Shown here one piece after another: positions 21,574-31,741 of a stretch of DNA of 64,000 nucleotides (its first letter is position 1; each line of letters begins with the position of its first letter). The notes under the pieces are model-generated. The model did no database searches and was not told where the DNA came from. It saw nothing but the letters and a program-made list of their open reading frames with translations. Both the position numbers and the translations under genes were made by a program. The stretch is from a bacterium. GTDB taxonomy: Bacteria > UBP14 > UBA6098 > B30-G16. The stretch is from NCBI GenBank assembly GCA_021162205.1, contig JAGGZE010000100.1:587-64586 (forward strand). Reading direction: 5' to 3'.

Positions 21574-22203
21574 ATGGAAATCGACGATGTAAATATTTAT
21601 GTGATTTTAGATATTTCGCTAATCGAAAAATTCGACAAGAATCCTGTCGATGTTATGAAATCGGCGAACGATGGTGGTGCGAAAATATTTCAGTTGCGAT
21701 ACAAAGGCGCGACCGAGGGCGAGATATACCGAATCGGTGCGGAACTTGCACCTGTGGCAAAAGATTTGGGTGCGATATTTATAATAAACGATAGTCTATC
21801 TGTTGCTATGGCGCTTAGAAGCGATGGAGTTCATCTCGGCGAGGACGATTTGCCGATTTTCGCAGCGAGAAAAATTGCAGGGAATAATTTTATTATCGGG
21901 GCATCGGCGAGTTCTGTCGAGGTGGCAATGCAAGCAGAAAAAGAAGGTGCATCGTATATTGGCTATGGTGCGGTTTTCTCGACTACTACGAAAAAAAACA
22001 CTTGCCCGGGTTCTATCGATGGTTTGAAACAGGTTATGAAAGCTGTGAATATTCCAGTGTTTCCACTCGGTGGAATAAATGCGGATAATGCCGATAAAAT
22101 TGCTAAAATCGGCTGCCGAAAAGTCTGTATCGCATCGGGGATTATCGCACAACAAAATGTGAAAATCGAAACCGAAAAAATTATTGCAATTTTACAGGAC
22201 TGA
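21574..22203 (+). CDS. thiE: Thiamine-phosphate synthase.
   Basis: 209 aa with ThiE motifs 'GVHLGEDDLP', 'IIGASASSVEVAMQAEKEGASYIGYGAVFSTTTK' and 'PLGGIN'. Confidence 0.85.
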   Translation: MEIDDVNIYVILDISLIEKFDKNPVDVMKSANDGGAKIFQLRYKGATEGEIYRIGAELAPVAKDLGAIFIINDSLSVAMALRSDGVHLGEDDLPIFAARKIAGNNFIIGASASSVEVAMQAEKEGASYIGYGAVFSTTTKKNTCPGSIDGLKQVMKAVNIPVFPLGGINADNADKIAKIGCRKVCIASGIIAQQNVKIETEKIIAILQD

Positions 22204-22208
22204 CGATT

Positions 22209-25200
22209 ATGCGAAATTTATCGATAATCATAATATTTTTGATTTCTACAGGAATTCTGACGGCACAGGATACTATTCCGCCAAATGTCTATTTCTACTA
22301 TCCGGGCGACTATGCTTTTTTCTCTTGCGATTCGGGCGTAATCATTTTCAAAATTTTGGATGAAAGCCCAATCGACTGGATGACGAGCCATCTCGATATG
22401 TTTGTTAATGCAAGTCCACCTGTGGTTCTTGCGGAAAGTCTGGCATCGCCACTCGATTCATTTTACTATTTTTATCTTCCACATTCGTTTTCGGATGGCG
22501 ATTCGGTGCGGCTTTCTTATCTGCCGATATACGATATCTGGGGCAACTGGCGAAATGCTAATTTTTATTTCTATGTCGATTTGAGTCCACCCGAAATTTC
22601 ACTTATAACTCCTTCCGAAGGCACACTGCCGAATATGAATCTTTTTTTCAGAGCGCAAATAGCCGATGAAATGGCGAGAATAAATCTCGACTCGTCGAAT
22701 GTTTCAATCGATGTTTTCGGCAACAATAATTGGAGTAGCACTTTTCAATTTTCATCTGGTTATGTGATATATTTTGGCGATACGCTTTTAGTCGATGTCA
22801 ATTCGCTCGGTGACATAAGCGGTGGCGATACGATTCGAATATGTGTCGATGCCGGAGATAATGCAGTCGGCTGCGGAGCAAATAGAACCGATACCTGTTT
22901 CACATACGATTTACCATACACTCCGCCCGATATCGAACTTGTATATCCTTTCGATGGAGCGGTTTTGGCTCCACACTGTGCGGATTCTATAATTTTTATT
23001 GTGAACGATGTCGATTCTATCGCATATATTTGGATTACAGTAGGAGTGGATACATATACAATTACCGACCCCGAAATTTCAATTTCGGGAGATACGGTAT
23101 TATTCAATACTTCATCGGCATTCGACGACGATGAATACTATAATATCATAATCCACTGCACCGATATTTACGATATAAGCTCACAATATTCGTTCGGAAT
23201 TTGGTTCGACACATCGTCGCCGTTTATTGTAAGCATAACGCCTGCATCGGGTTCGCTAATCACCGATACGATAATTACAGTAGGTTTTCAGATGGTCGAT
23301 TACATTGCTGGAATCGACCCTGGTTCGATTGCACTCACTATCGATGGCGCTCCCTCGGTATTCGATTTCGATTCGACTACTGGATTTATGTCGTTCGACC
23401 TTATATTCGATGACGTTATCGATACTTTAGATGTTATTCTGAATATTTGCATAAATGGCTCTGATAATCCCGATTATTGCACAAATAATTTCGATTCCTG
23501 TTTTGCACTTCATTATTACATCGATATACGCAGTCCCGAATTTTTTCCGCCAAATGGTTCGGTAACCGCCTGCATAGACCAATCACTTGCAGCGGCACTT
23601 TATTCACTCGGTGGTATAGATTCCGAAACTGTGATTCTGACTTTAATTAATATGACCGATGGTGGAACGATAGCCGATATTCAACTGTCCGACCCGCGTT
23701 TCAGCCATACGAGAACACCTGTGCCGCCATTCGGAGTGATGGATAGTTTCTTTTTCGAGCCCACACCGGGTTTTTGGCCCGATGGCAAATATATCCAATG
23801 CAGTATTTACGGATATGTTCATCATTCCAGCCATCCTGGATATTATACATATCCATGGTTTTTCTATACCGATTTTTCGCCGCCATATCTCGAATCGATT
23901 TCGCCTGCGAATGGTTCTGTCGAATTTACACCGCCCGATACGATGTATTTCCGATTCGGTGATGAAACCGCAGGAGTTCTCGAAACAGCGATAGCTTGTT
24001 CGCTGCTATTCAATGGAGTTCCATTCAGCATACCATTCGGTGCACTCGGACGAATTTCAGGGGATACTGTAGCGCTATCACTTGCAAACTATGGTATAAA
24101 TCTTTCGGGATGCGATTCGATTCGATTTTGCGCATCCGCAATCGATGCTGTCTCGCCTGGTTTTTGTGGACCGAATTCTATGCACGATTGTATAGGTTTC
24201 TCATTGGATTGCACATATCCATCGGCGGAATTTATTTCACCAGAACCTAATATCGTTTTATCCTGTTCGTTGCAAACTATTGTGTTTGCTCTCGATGAAG
24301 ATGTAAATCTCGATTCGTCGAGTATCGTGATTGTGATAAATAATGACACGATTCCATTTTCCGATGACCGCTCGACGATTTCTCCAACTGGCACATTGAC
24401 ATTCTCACCGAATACTTTCTGGAACGATGGCGATACGATTAGCGGATATTTACTCGGTTTATGCGATTATGTCGGTAATTGCAGTGAAACTGTGCCGTTT
24501 CAATTCGTCTTCGATAACTCGCCACCGAACATCGAAACGATTTCACCTTTGCCGGGAGCGATTGTTATCGATTCGCTTGCACCTATCGTTTTGCAAATTT
24601 ACGATGATTTCACATCGCTTTCAAGTTATGGAATTTTAGGCGATTTTGGTGGTTCGTTCACCACTGTTGCTGGAAGCACTTATGTTTTCGACCCGAGTGG
24701 GATTACTGTGCTCGGTCCCGAGGATACAGTTTTCGTCGAGGTTTGGGCGGCGGACAGTGCCGAAAGCTGCGGTTTCAATGCCGATACATTCGAATATTGG
24801 TTCGTTGTCGATGCGGTCGGTCCGAGAATCGTTGCAATCGATTCTGTTATAGGAGAATTCACATCCTGCGACAATCGATGTATTTCATTTCTATTCGATG
24901 ATTTTCTCGGATTGGATACTTTCGCTGCCGAGGTGTATTCATCTAACGAGTCTGAAACATTGAATTTCGCATCGCCATCGTTGGAAATAACCGACAGTAG
25001 TATTGCATATTGTCCATCGGAACCGTATGCCGATGGTGAAACAGTTACTGTTGCACTAATTTCCGCACCGGATATCGCAGGAAATCCATTATTTGCGGAT
25101 AGTATAATAGAAAGATTTATAGTCGATTTATCACCGCCATATTTTGAAAGTATTTCACCGATGTCGGGCGATACACTTACCACAACTGTACCGAATGTGA

Positions 25201-27602
25201 TTTTTACCGTTCACGATTCGATTTCGGGAGTTAATTGGGAAAACTGCTCTCTCGAGGTGGATTGCTCGTTCGACGATACAATCTTGCATTCGAGCGACGA
25301 TGGTATTTTTATTTCTGGTGATACTATCGAAATTTCGTTCAGCGATATTGGAATATTTTTAACGGGTGGCGATTCGGCTCGAGTCTGCATTTGGTTGAGC
25401 GATGCGATATTCGATACGATTGCAGGATGTTTATCGCACAGTATCGATACTTGCACGATTTTCTATATCGATGCTAGCCCGCCGACAGTCGCTCCTGCTC
25501 GTCCAGGAAATGGTTCTATTACATCGTGTATCGACCAAAGCATAGATTTCGTTCTCGCGGACAGCGAAGGAGTAGATTGGGACACTGTGGTAATCACCGT
25601 TAATGAAGATACATTTAGCACAGACAGTATCGAACTAATGCATATAATTTCATCCGATACGATGCGCTTTATTCCATCCGCGCTTTACGATAACGATACT
25701 GTCGATGTTTGCGTGATTTATGCAAGAGATACACTTATGAATGAAATCGAATTCCCGGTATGCTGGACTTTTTTCATCGATACTATTTCGCCTGTGATTG
25801 TGGATGAATATCCCGCCGATGGTGCTATTATAAATAATCCATTGCCATCGATATGGGCAGATGTCGATGATACGATTACGGGATATGTTCATCTCGATTC
25901 GTTCTCGATAGATGGCGTATGGCATATCGAAACAGGTGAGTTAATCGATACTTTTAGTTATTCGGTTTTCGATTCGCTTGCGGATGGCGAACATACTGTT
26001 TGTATCTCGATTTACGACCAGCCGGATTTTTGCACTCCCAACGATACGATTTTATGCTGGAGTTTCGATGTGGATAACACATCGCCGACTGTTAGCGTAA
26101 TTCCCGAAAGTATTTTAGTCTCATCGTGCGATTCGATGGAATTTTCATTCACCGCAACCGATATAGACAGTGTTATACTGGAAAATATTTCGAGCGACTG
26201 CGATTTCACATATATAGTCGATTTCCACGATGACACGACATTAAATATCGATGGTTTTGTGTTCGCTCCCGCTGTCGATGGCACTGTTTGGGTCGAAATC
26301 ACTATAGCGGATAGTCTCGGCAATCGGTCTATCGATTCGATATTTTTTGCATTCGACCGAACACCGCCGGTTGTTTCATTTGTCTCGCCGACCGATGGCG
26401 AAACGATTTTTACGCAATCGCCGACAATAACAGTTTCGGCATCGGATGAAAACGGTATCATTCCCGACAGCGCATATTTTGTCATCGGAATCGATACTTT
26501 TTATTACGATTCGGGCGAAATCGATTTCAGCGCCGGCAATTTCGATATAGACCTTTCGGGAACGAGTTATGAATTGCCCGAAAGAGGATTCTCCACAATA
26601 ATTTTCGGCGGTGTTTTCGATACGATATCGGGAAATTTCGATTGCTCTATTTATTTTGCCGAACTCGAATCGATAACAGTTTTCATCGCAGATGACGATA
26701 CTATGCCACCGATTATTTCATCTCCCGAATATGATTCCGCATGGTGCGGCGGAACTGTTTTTCCGCAGTGGACAATCTATGACGAACAGTCTAATGTGGA
26801 TTCTGCATTCTTAATCGTCGGCGAATATAACGATTTTTCGATTGTGGAAACTCTTGCATTAAGTGAAATTTCCACTCGAATATATCGACCCGATACCGCA
26901 TTGTGGTTTCTGACAGATACACTTTGGTTCGTGGTCTGTGCAACAGATTCCGATAACGATTTCGGTATCGGCGACGATGAAACCACCGGCTGCGGCGATA
27001 CGATATTTATAGTCTGCCGAAAACCTTATATATCGATTATAAACGACACACTCGATTTCGGTGAGGTTTGTCTTCTCGACAGCGCGAGAATATTACAGTT
27101 CGGTATAGCGAACCCTACAGGAATCGGTGTAAATGTATTTTTTGAACAGTCCGGCGATTCCGTTTTCAGTCGAGTTCAAGATTCCGCAGAAATAGAATCT
27201 AACGATACGATATTGTTCTCGATTGTTTTCACACCATTCGAGGAGCAATTGTATTCGGGTGAAATAATCGTAAATCTCGATGAAAATGTAGATACAGTGT
27301 ATCTGTTTGGTATCGGAATTTTATGCCCACTCGGTTTTTCTGTCGAACCGCTCGTTATCACTCCAAATGGCGATGGTTTCTACGACTCGACTGTTTTTAC
27401 ATTTCCATTGCGAAGCGATAACAAGGTCGAAATTTTCGCTAAAAATTTATCGCTAACAAGAAAAATCGAATCGGGTGATATTAGAATAATTTGGTATGGC
27501 ACGGACACTAATGGCAACCCCTGTCCACCGGGACCATATATTTTTATTGCGAAGCAAAATAATAAAATACTCGGTAAGGGAATTATTGTGATTGTGAGAT
27601 AG
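22209..27602 (+). CDS. Large secreted repeat protein with a C-terminal T9SS type B (gliding-motility-associated, TIGR04131-like) sorting domain.
   Basis: Signal peptide, then about 12 tandem ~110-aa modules each starting 'D.SPP.I..ISP..GS'. The C-terminus 'ITPNGDGFYDSTVF...IIWYGTDTNGNPCPPGPYIFIA...GKGIIVIVR' matches the 'FTPNGDGxND...WdGt.nG...GtYfY...LlR' type B CTD pattern. Confidence 0.7.
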   Translation: MRNLSIIIIFLISTGILTAQDTIPPNVYFYYPGDYAFFSCDSGVIIFKILDESPIDWMTSHLDMFVNASPPVVLAESLASPLDSFYYFYLPHSFSDGDSVRLSYLPIYDIWGNWRNANFYFYVDLSPPEISLITPSEGTLPNMNLFFRAQIADEMARINLDSSNVSIDVFGNNNWSSTFQFSSGYVIYFGDTLLVDVNSLGDISGGDTIRICVDAGDNAVGCGANRTDTCFTYDLPYTPPDIELVYPFDGAVLAPHCADSIIFIVNDVDSIAYIWITVGVDTYTITDPEISISGDTVLFNTSSAFDDDEYYNIIIHCTDIYDISSQYSFGIWFDTSSPFIVSITPASGSLITDTIITVGFQMVDYIAGIDPGSIALTIDGAPSVFDFDSTTGFMSFDLIFDDVIDTLDVILNICINGSDNPDYCTNNFDSCFALHYYIDIRSPEFFPPNGSVTACIDQSLAAALYSLGGIDSETVILTLINMTDGGTIADIQLSDPRFSHTRTPVPPFGVMDSFFFEPTPGFWPDGKYIQCSIYGYVHHSSHPGYYTYPWFFYTDFSPPYLESISPANGSVEFTPPDTMYFRFGDETAGVLETAIACSLLFNGVPFSIPFGALGRISGDTVALSLANYGINLSGCDSIRFCASAIDAVSPGFCGPNSMHDCIGFSLDCTYPSAEFISPEPNIVLSCSLQTIVFALDEDVNLDSSSIVIVINNDTIPFSDDRSTISPTGTLTFSPNTFWNDGDTISGYLLGLCDYVGNCSETVPFQFVFDNSPPNIETISPLPGAIVIDSLAPIVLQIYDDFTSLSSYGILGDFGGSFTTVAGSTYVFDPSGITVLGPEDTVFVEVWAADSAESCGFNADTFEYWFVVDAVGPRIVAIDSVIGEFTSCDNRCISFLFDDFLGLDTFAAEVYSSNESETLNFASPSLEITDSSIAYCPSEPYADGETVTVALISAPDIAGNPLFADSIIERFIVDLSPPYFESISPMSGDTLTTTVPNVIFTVHDSISGVNWENCSLEVDCSFDDTILHSSDDGIFISGDTIEISFSDIGIFLTGGDSARVCIWLSDAIFDTIAGCLSHSIDTCTIFYIDASPPTVAPARPGNGSITSCIDQSIDFVLADSEGVDWDTVVITVNEDTFSTDSIELMHIISSDTMRFIPSALYDNDTVDVCVIYARDTLMNEIEFPVCWTFFIDTISPVIVDEYPADGAIINNPLPSIWADVDDTITGYVHLDSFSIDGVWHIETGELIDTFSYSVFDSLADGEHTVCISIYDQPDFCTPNDTILCWSFDVDNTSPTVSVIPESILVSSCDSMEFSFTATDIDSVILENISSDCDFTYIVDFHDDTTLNIDGFVFAPAVDGTVWVEITIADSLGNRSIDSIFFAFDRTPPVVSFVSPTDGETIFTQSPTITVSASDENGIIPDSAYFVIGIDTFYYDSGEIDFSAGNFDIDLSGTSYELPERGFSTIIFGGVFDTISGNFDCSIYFAELESITVFIADDDTMPPIISSPEYDSAWCGGTVFPQWTIYDEQSNVDSAFLIVGEYNDFSIVETLALSEISTRIYRPDTALWFLTDTLWFVVCATDSDNDFGIGDDETTGCGDTIFIVCRKPYISIINDTLDFGEVCLLDSARILQFGIANPTGIGVNVFFEQSGDSVFSRVQDSAEIESNDTILFSIVFTPFEEQLYSGEIIVNLDENVDTVYLFGIGILCPLGFSVEPLVITPNGDGFYDSTVFTFPLRSDNKVEIFAKNLSLTRKIESGDIRIIWYGTDTNGNPCPPGPYIFIAKQNNKILGKGIIVIVR

Positions 27603-27673
27603 AATTTATTCTTTATTTTAATATAATTCGATATTTTATAACTCGATTAAATTATAAACTCGGTTTTTTATTT

Positions 27674-30379
27674 ATGAAAAAATACTTGATTTACATCGTT
27701 GTTTCGACAGGACTTATATTGGCGGGCGAATTTCAATGGAATGCAAAAAATACAGCCATCGCAGATTGCGGATTTTCGATTCCACTCGATGCAGGCAGCA
27801 TATTTTACAATCCCGCTTTCGCTGGAGCATTCGGTAGTGGAGTTCTTTCTGCCGGTTATGGAATTCCATTCGCGGGTATCGAAAGTTCCGCAAAATCGGG
27901 TTATCTTGCATACACTCGACCATTGGGATGGAGTGCAGGACTCGCAGTCATCGGGAACTATGAGGATATATCGGCGTATAAAATGTTTAGAATCGGCGGC
28001 GATTTTGCATATCGAATCGCGTTGGCGGGAACATTATCGCTCGGTATGGGAATCGATTGGCTTCAGCGAAGTTATGATATTCCAGCCGATGACCCACTTC
28101 ACGGCAGAGGAAATCCCTCGGCGGTTTCTTTCGATGCTGGAGTGTTATGGCAAATGTTGGACAAATTTGCGTTCGGTCTATCCGCGATGGATATAAACGA
28201 GCCGAATCTCGCAATCGAGGAAAATGCACCCGCATCGAAATTGCCTAAAAGAATCGGCGCAGGAATTTCATATAAATTCACCAACTATTTCATTCCCGAA
28301 CTTGCGATAGTATATCGTTCTTTCACAATCGGCGAAAAATCCAATCCCGAATATATACTCGGTTTCTATGGTGGATTGAAATCCAATACATTGTTCTGGC
28401 GTGGCGGAATTTCTCCCGATATCGCCGATATCGGAGTTGGATGGCATTTGAATTCTGTATTCGGCGGACTCGATTTCGACTATGCTTTCGGATTGCCACT
28501 ACAAAGTTCTCTGCGTTCAGCAGGACAGACACAGCATTATTTCGGTGTAACATTTTACGGCAAACAGGTTCGTGTTCGTAAGGGCGACCTCGAAATTCGG
28601 GATTTGCAAATATCGGGGGAATTTAAGGCGAAAAAGCCGCTTAAAATTTCCGCGACAGTCATAAACGATAGTCGGATAAAAATCACATCGGTTCCGTGTG
28701 CACTCACTGTCTATGATGGCAAAAAATGGAAAATGATTTATCCTACAAAATATATCGATTCACTCGCTTCAAAACAGTCTGTCGAAATGGAGTGGAACTG
28801 GAAACCTAAAATCGAGGGTAAATATACGATTAGAATTACTGCAGATGACGATGGCAATGAAATTCCCGATATTTCGGGGCATATCGATGAAAAAAATGAA
28901 AAGAACAATCAGGTCTCCAAAAAGATAGTGATTTCTGCATCGGATACACTTGTAATCGAGCCTAAAATTTCGACATTATCGGCGACTCAATTGATAGTCA
29001 AGGTAGAGGAGGAACCCGTTGTTCCTGTTGTATTTTTCCCTGCTGGTTCGGCAATGTTCGACAAACGGGGCAGTCAATTTCTCGATGTCCTCGCCGATAG
29101 ACTTTCACAAAATCCCGATGCTATATTGACAGTTTATGGATATTACGATGTTTCAGATGGTGACAAAGACCCGCGTTCCCTTGCTGATGCCCGCGCCGAG
29201 ACTGTGAAAAATAATTTACTCGCTTATAATACAAAACTTGCAAATAGAATTTATACCGTTGATAATTATGATGTGCAAAAATCCCGTCTTACAAGCAGAT
29301 ATGTTAAAAACGACCCGAGAATTAATCAGGAAAACCGAAGAGTCGAATTTTCGGTTTCGGTGAGAAGTGATATTGCTAAATTTTCTGAAAATGATGCAAT
29401 TCGACTTTTACAAAATAACGACGATTTCCTTTTAGTGATAATCGGGAGGCGAACTAAATCGGAAAATGCCCGTGTAGGGTTTGCTCGAGCCGATTCTGTC
29501 AGAAAAAAAATATTGTCGAAAAATCCACATTTGCATAATAGAATTGTGGTAGAGGAAGAAATCGGCGAGGATAGGAATATTATTTTTGAAATCGACCCCG
29601 ATGGCGTAATAGTTCGTCCACGAGAGCGATATCCTGTTTCGGAACAATGGAAAGACCCAGAACCTGCTCGAAATGTAATCGAAATTCGACGCAAAGGGTT
29701 TGAAAATATTCATCGATGGAAAATTGTTGTGGAAAGTGAAGATAGAAATCTCGTTCATACAATAGCAAATGGCTCCGGGATACCGCCCGATTCTATTGTG
29801 TGGGATTGGTCTGTCGGTAAAGATAGATTTTTAGCTCCGAATAACGAGTATGGATTACATATAAAGCTCGAGACCGCCGAAGGAAATCGAGAATATTTTG
29901 CAAATGAGAAAATCCATTTAGTTCCAAGGCAGAAAATCGAGGCGATTGAAAATATGCTATTAGTCGAGTTTGTATTCGATGAAAGCGAACCGCTGTCGAA
30001 ATATCTCGAACGCAGACTTTTCAGTTTTGCAGAAAAATTCGTTGCGAGAGTCGATTCGGGTTATTCACAAAGTGCCGAAATACAGGGACATACCGACAAT
30101 ATCGGTTCCGAACGCAGAAATACCGAACTATCATCTCAACGAGCAAACCGCGAATATTTTATTATGCGGAAATTTATCGCATATTTTGCCGATGTCCCTG
30201 TCGATAAACTCGATAAATGGCTTACCGAACACGATTGTTCACTTTCATATAAAGGATATGCATCTGAAAAACCGTATACACTTCGAGGAAAAATCCTTGG
30301 CGATAATAGTTCTTCGTATGGACGAAATATAAACCGCCGGGTTACTCTCGAATATCATTACGAAAAAGATTTGAAATAA
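27674..30379 (+). CDS. Outer-membrane protein: N-terminal PorP/SprF-like beta-barrel (~290 aa) fused to two OmpA-like peptidoglycan-binding domains.
   Basis: Signal peptide; the N-terminal motif 'SIFYNPAFAGAF' resembles the conserved PorP/SprF 'NPAYAG' start. The C-terminal half has two OmpA-C-like domains ('QGHTDNIGSERRNTELSSQRANR...NRRVTLEY' and 'NRRVEFSV'). It lies immediately downstream of the type B CTD cargo gene. Confidence 0.55.
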   Translation: MKKYLIYIVVSTGLILAGEFQWNAKNTAIADCGFSIPLDAGSIFYNPAFAGAFGSGVLSAGYGIPFAGIESSAKSGYLAYTRPLGWSAGLAVIGNYEDISAYKMFRIGGDFAYRIALAGTLSLGMGIDWLQRSYDIPADDPLHGRGNPSAVSFDAGVLWQMLDKFAFGLSAMDINEPNLAIEENAPASKLPKRIGAGISYKFTNYFIPELAIVYRSFTIGEKSNPEYILGFYGGLKSNTLFWRGGISPDIADIGVGWHLNSVFGGLDFDYAFGLPLQSSLRSAGQTQHYFGVTFYGKQVRVRKGDLEIRDLQISGEFKAKKPLKISATVINDSRIKITSVPCALTVYDGKKWKMIYPTKYIDSLASKQSVEMEWNWKPKIEGKYTIRITADDDGNEIPDISGHIDEKNEKNNQVSKKIVISASDTLVIEPKISTLSATQLIVKVEEEPVVPVVFFPAGSAMFDKRGSQFLDVLADRLSQNPDAILTVYGYYDVSDGDKDPRSLADARAETVKNNLLAYNTKLANRIYTVDNYDVQKSRLTSRYVKNDPRINQENRRVEFSVSVRSDIAKFSENDAIRLLQNNDDFLLVIIGRRTKSENARVGFARADSVRKKILSKNPHLHNRIVVEEEIGEDRNIIFEIDPDGVIVRPRERYPVSEQWKDPEPARNVIEIRRKGFENIHRWKIVVESEDRNLVHTIANGSGIPPDSIVWDWSVGKDRFLAPNNEYGLHIKLETAEGNREYFANEKIHLVPRQKIEAIENMLLVEFVFDESEPLSKYLERRLFSFAEKFVARVDSGYSQSAEIQGHTDNIGSERRNTELSSQRANREYFIMRKFIAYFADVPVDKLDKWLTEHDCSLSYKGYASEKPYTLRGKILGDNSSSYGRNINRRVTLEYHYEKDLK

Positions 30380-30401
30380 TAACTGCTTGAGAGGATAAAA
30401 A

Positions 30402-31709
30402 ATGAAAACTATACCGATTATAATTATAATCGCATCGTTATTCGGTTCGATTTGGGGATTTGGACTATCATTTAAAGATGACGGCTCGGTCGATACCAAA
30501 ATTGTCGCTGTCGTCGGGAATAAACCGATACTTTCCAGTGAACTCGACCAGATGCTTTTGACATCGGCAGTGGAAATACCGAAAGATTCGAGCGATGTCT
30601 ATAAACTTTACGGGCAGATACTCGGCGAACTAATCGATGAGGAATTGGTCTATCAATCGGCACTTGCCGAGAGTATCGAGGTCGATGAGGATATGCTTAA
30701 ACAGGAATTTTCTGCGAGATGGGATTCATTCGTAGTTAGATTCGGCACAGAGAAAGCACTCGCCGAGACTCTCACACAGGAAGGTATGTCGATTGTATCT
30801 TTCAAGAAGAAAGTGAAAAATCAGGTTAAAATGGGACTTCTAAAACAGATGTATATCCAGAAACATATAACCGAGACAGAGGTTTCCGATGAGGAATTGA
30901 GAAAATTTTACGACGATTATAAGGACAGTCTCGGCGAATATCCCGAACAGATAGAATTGAGTGCGATACTAATATCTTTGCCATCGGATTCGATTATTTT
31001 TGAGCAAACTCGAAAAGTAGCGCAAAAAATCTATGATACACTTGTTAGTGGAATCGAATTTAATCGGGCGGTTCAGAATTTTTCGCAGGATGAAATCACA
31101 ATGAAGGATAATGGCGAACTCGGTGAATTTTCAATCGATGATTTACCGCAGAATTTTAAGAATGCCATCGATAAATTAAAAACCGGTGAATATTCGAAAC
31201 CTGTTAAAAGCGAAAAGGGTTATCATATCTTAAAACTTATATTCCGCAAGAACAACAAGGTGAAACTTGCGCATATATTTGTAGAATTACCTATTCGTAA
31301 TGATTTTGCCAAGCAAATTGCTAATGCAGTATATGATTCTGCCCGCAATGGAACGGATTTCCAGACATTGCTTATTCATCACACCGCAGATAGTTCACTT
31401 CTCGCTAATAATGGCAAACTCGGGACATTTCCAGCGACAGCACTTCCACCGGCGCTCGAAACGATTGCGGATTCACTCGGCGCAGGAACAGTGATTCCAC
31501 CACTTCAACAAAATGGGCAATGGGCTGTTTTCAGAATAGATAACATAATTCCCGAAGAACCGATGACATTGGATAAACACGCTAACTTCATCAGACAATT
31601 GGCACGCCGAAAAAAGTTTTCTGATAAATTAAGCCGCTTAATCGAGAAACTGCATCAGCAAATCTATGTCGAGGTGAAGGATAAAAAAATCGCACCGTAT
31701 GTGCGTTGA
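30402..31709 (+). CDS. surA: Periplasmic chaperone/peptidyl-prolyl cis-trans isomerase, SurA-like with two parvulin domains.
   Basis: Signal peptide, SurA-N-like helical region, and two PpiC-type segments ('GELGEFSIDDLPQNFKNAIDKLKTGEYSKPVKSEKGYHILKL' and 'NGKLGTFPATALPPALE...'). Confidence 0.65.
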   Translation: MKTIPIIIIIASLFGSIWGFGLSFKDDGSVDTKIVAVVGNKPILSSELDQMLLTSAVEIPKDSSDVYKLYGQILGELIDEELVYQSALAESIEVDEDMLKQEFSARWDSFVVRFGTEKALAETLTQEGMSIVSFKKKVKNQVKMGLLKQMYIQKHITETEVSDEELRKFYDDYKDSLGEYPEQIELSAILISLPSDSIIFEQTRKVAQKIYDTLVSGIEFNRAVQNFSQDEITMKDNGELGEFSIDDLPQNFKNAIDKLKTGEYSKPVKSEKGYHILKLIFRKNNKVKLAHIFVELPIRNDFAKQIANAVYDSARNGTDFQTLLIHHTADSSLLANNGKLGTFPATALPPALETIADSLGAGTVIPPLQQNGQWAVFRIDNIIPEEPMTLDKHANFIRQLARRKKFSDKLSRLIEKLHQQIYVEVKDKKIAPYVR

Positions 31710-31722
31710 AAAATATCGACAC

Positions 31723-31741
31723 ACACCCTTCGGGTGTTTTT
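31723..31741 (+). terminator. Intrinsic terminator-like hairpin (acaccc-ttcg-ggtgt followed by TTTTT) after surA. It also forms the first module of the mosaic repeat.
   Basis: Perfect 6-bp GC-rich stem followed by a T-run, 14 nt after the stop codon. Confidence 0.6.

Noticed and set aside
27699-28196. A 165-aa ORF in an alternative frame at the start of the PorP/OmpA gene, and the antisense ORFs 27714-27923 and 27987-28235.
   Set aside because: They are embedded in the coherent 901-aa ORF that has a signal peptide and domain matches, and show no independent start signals.
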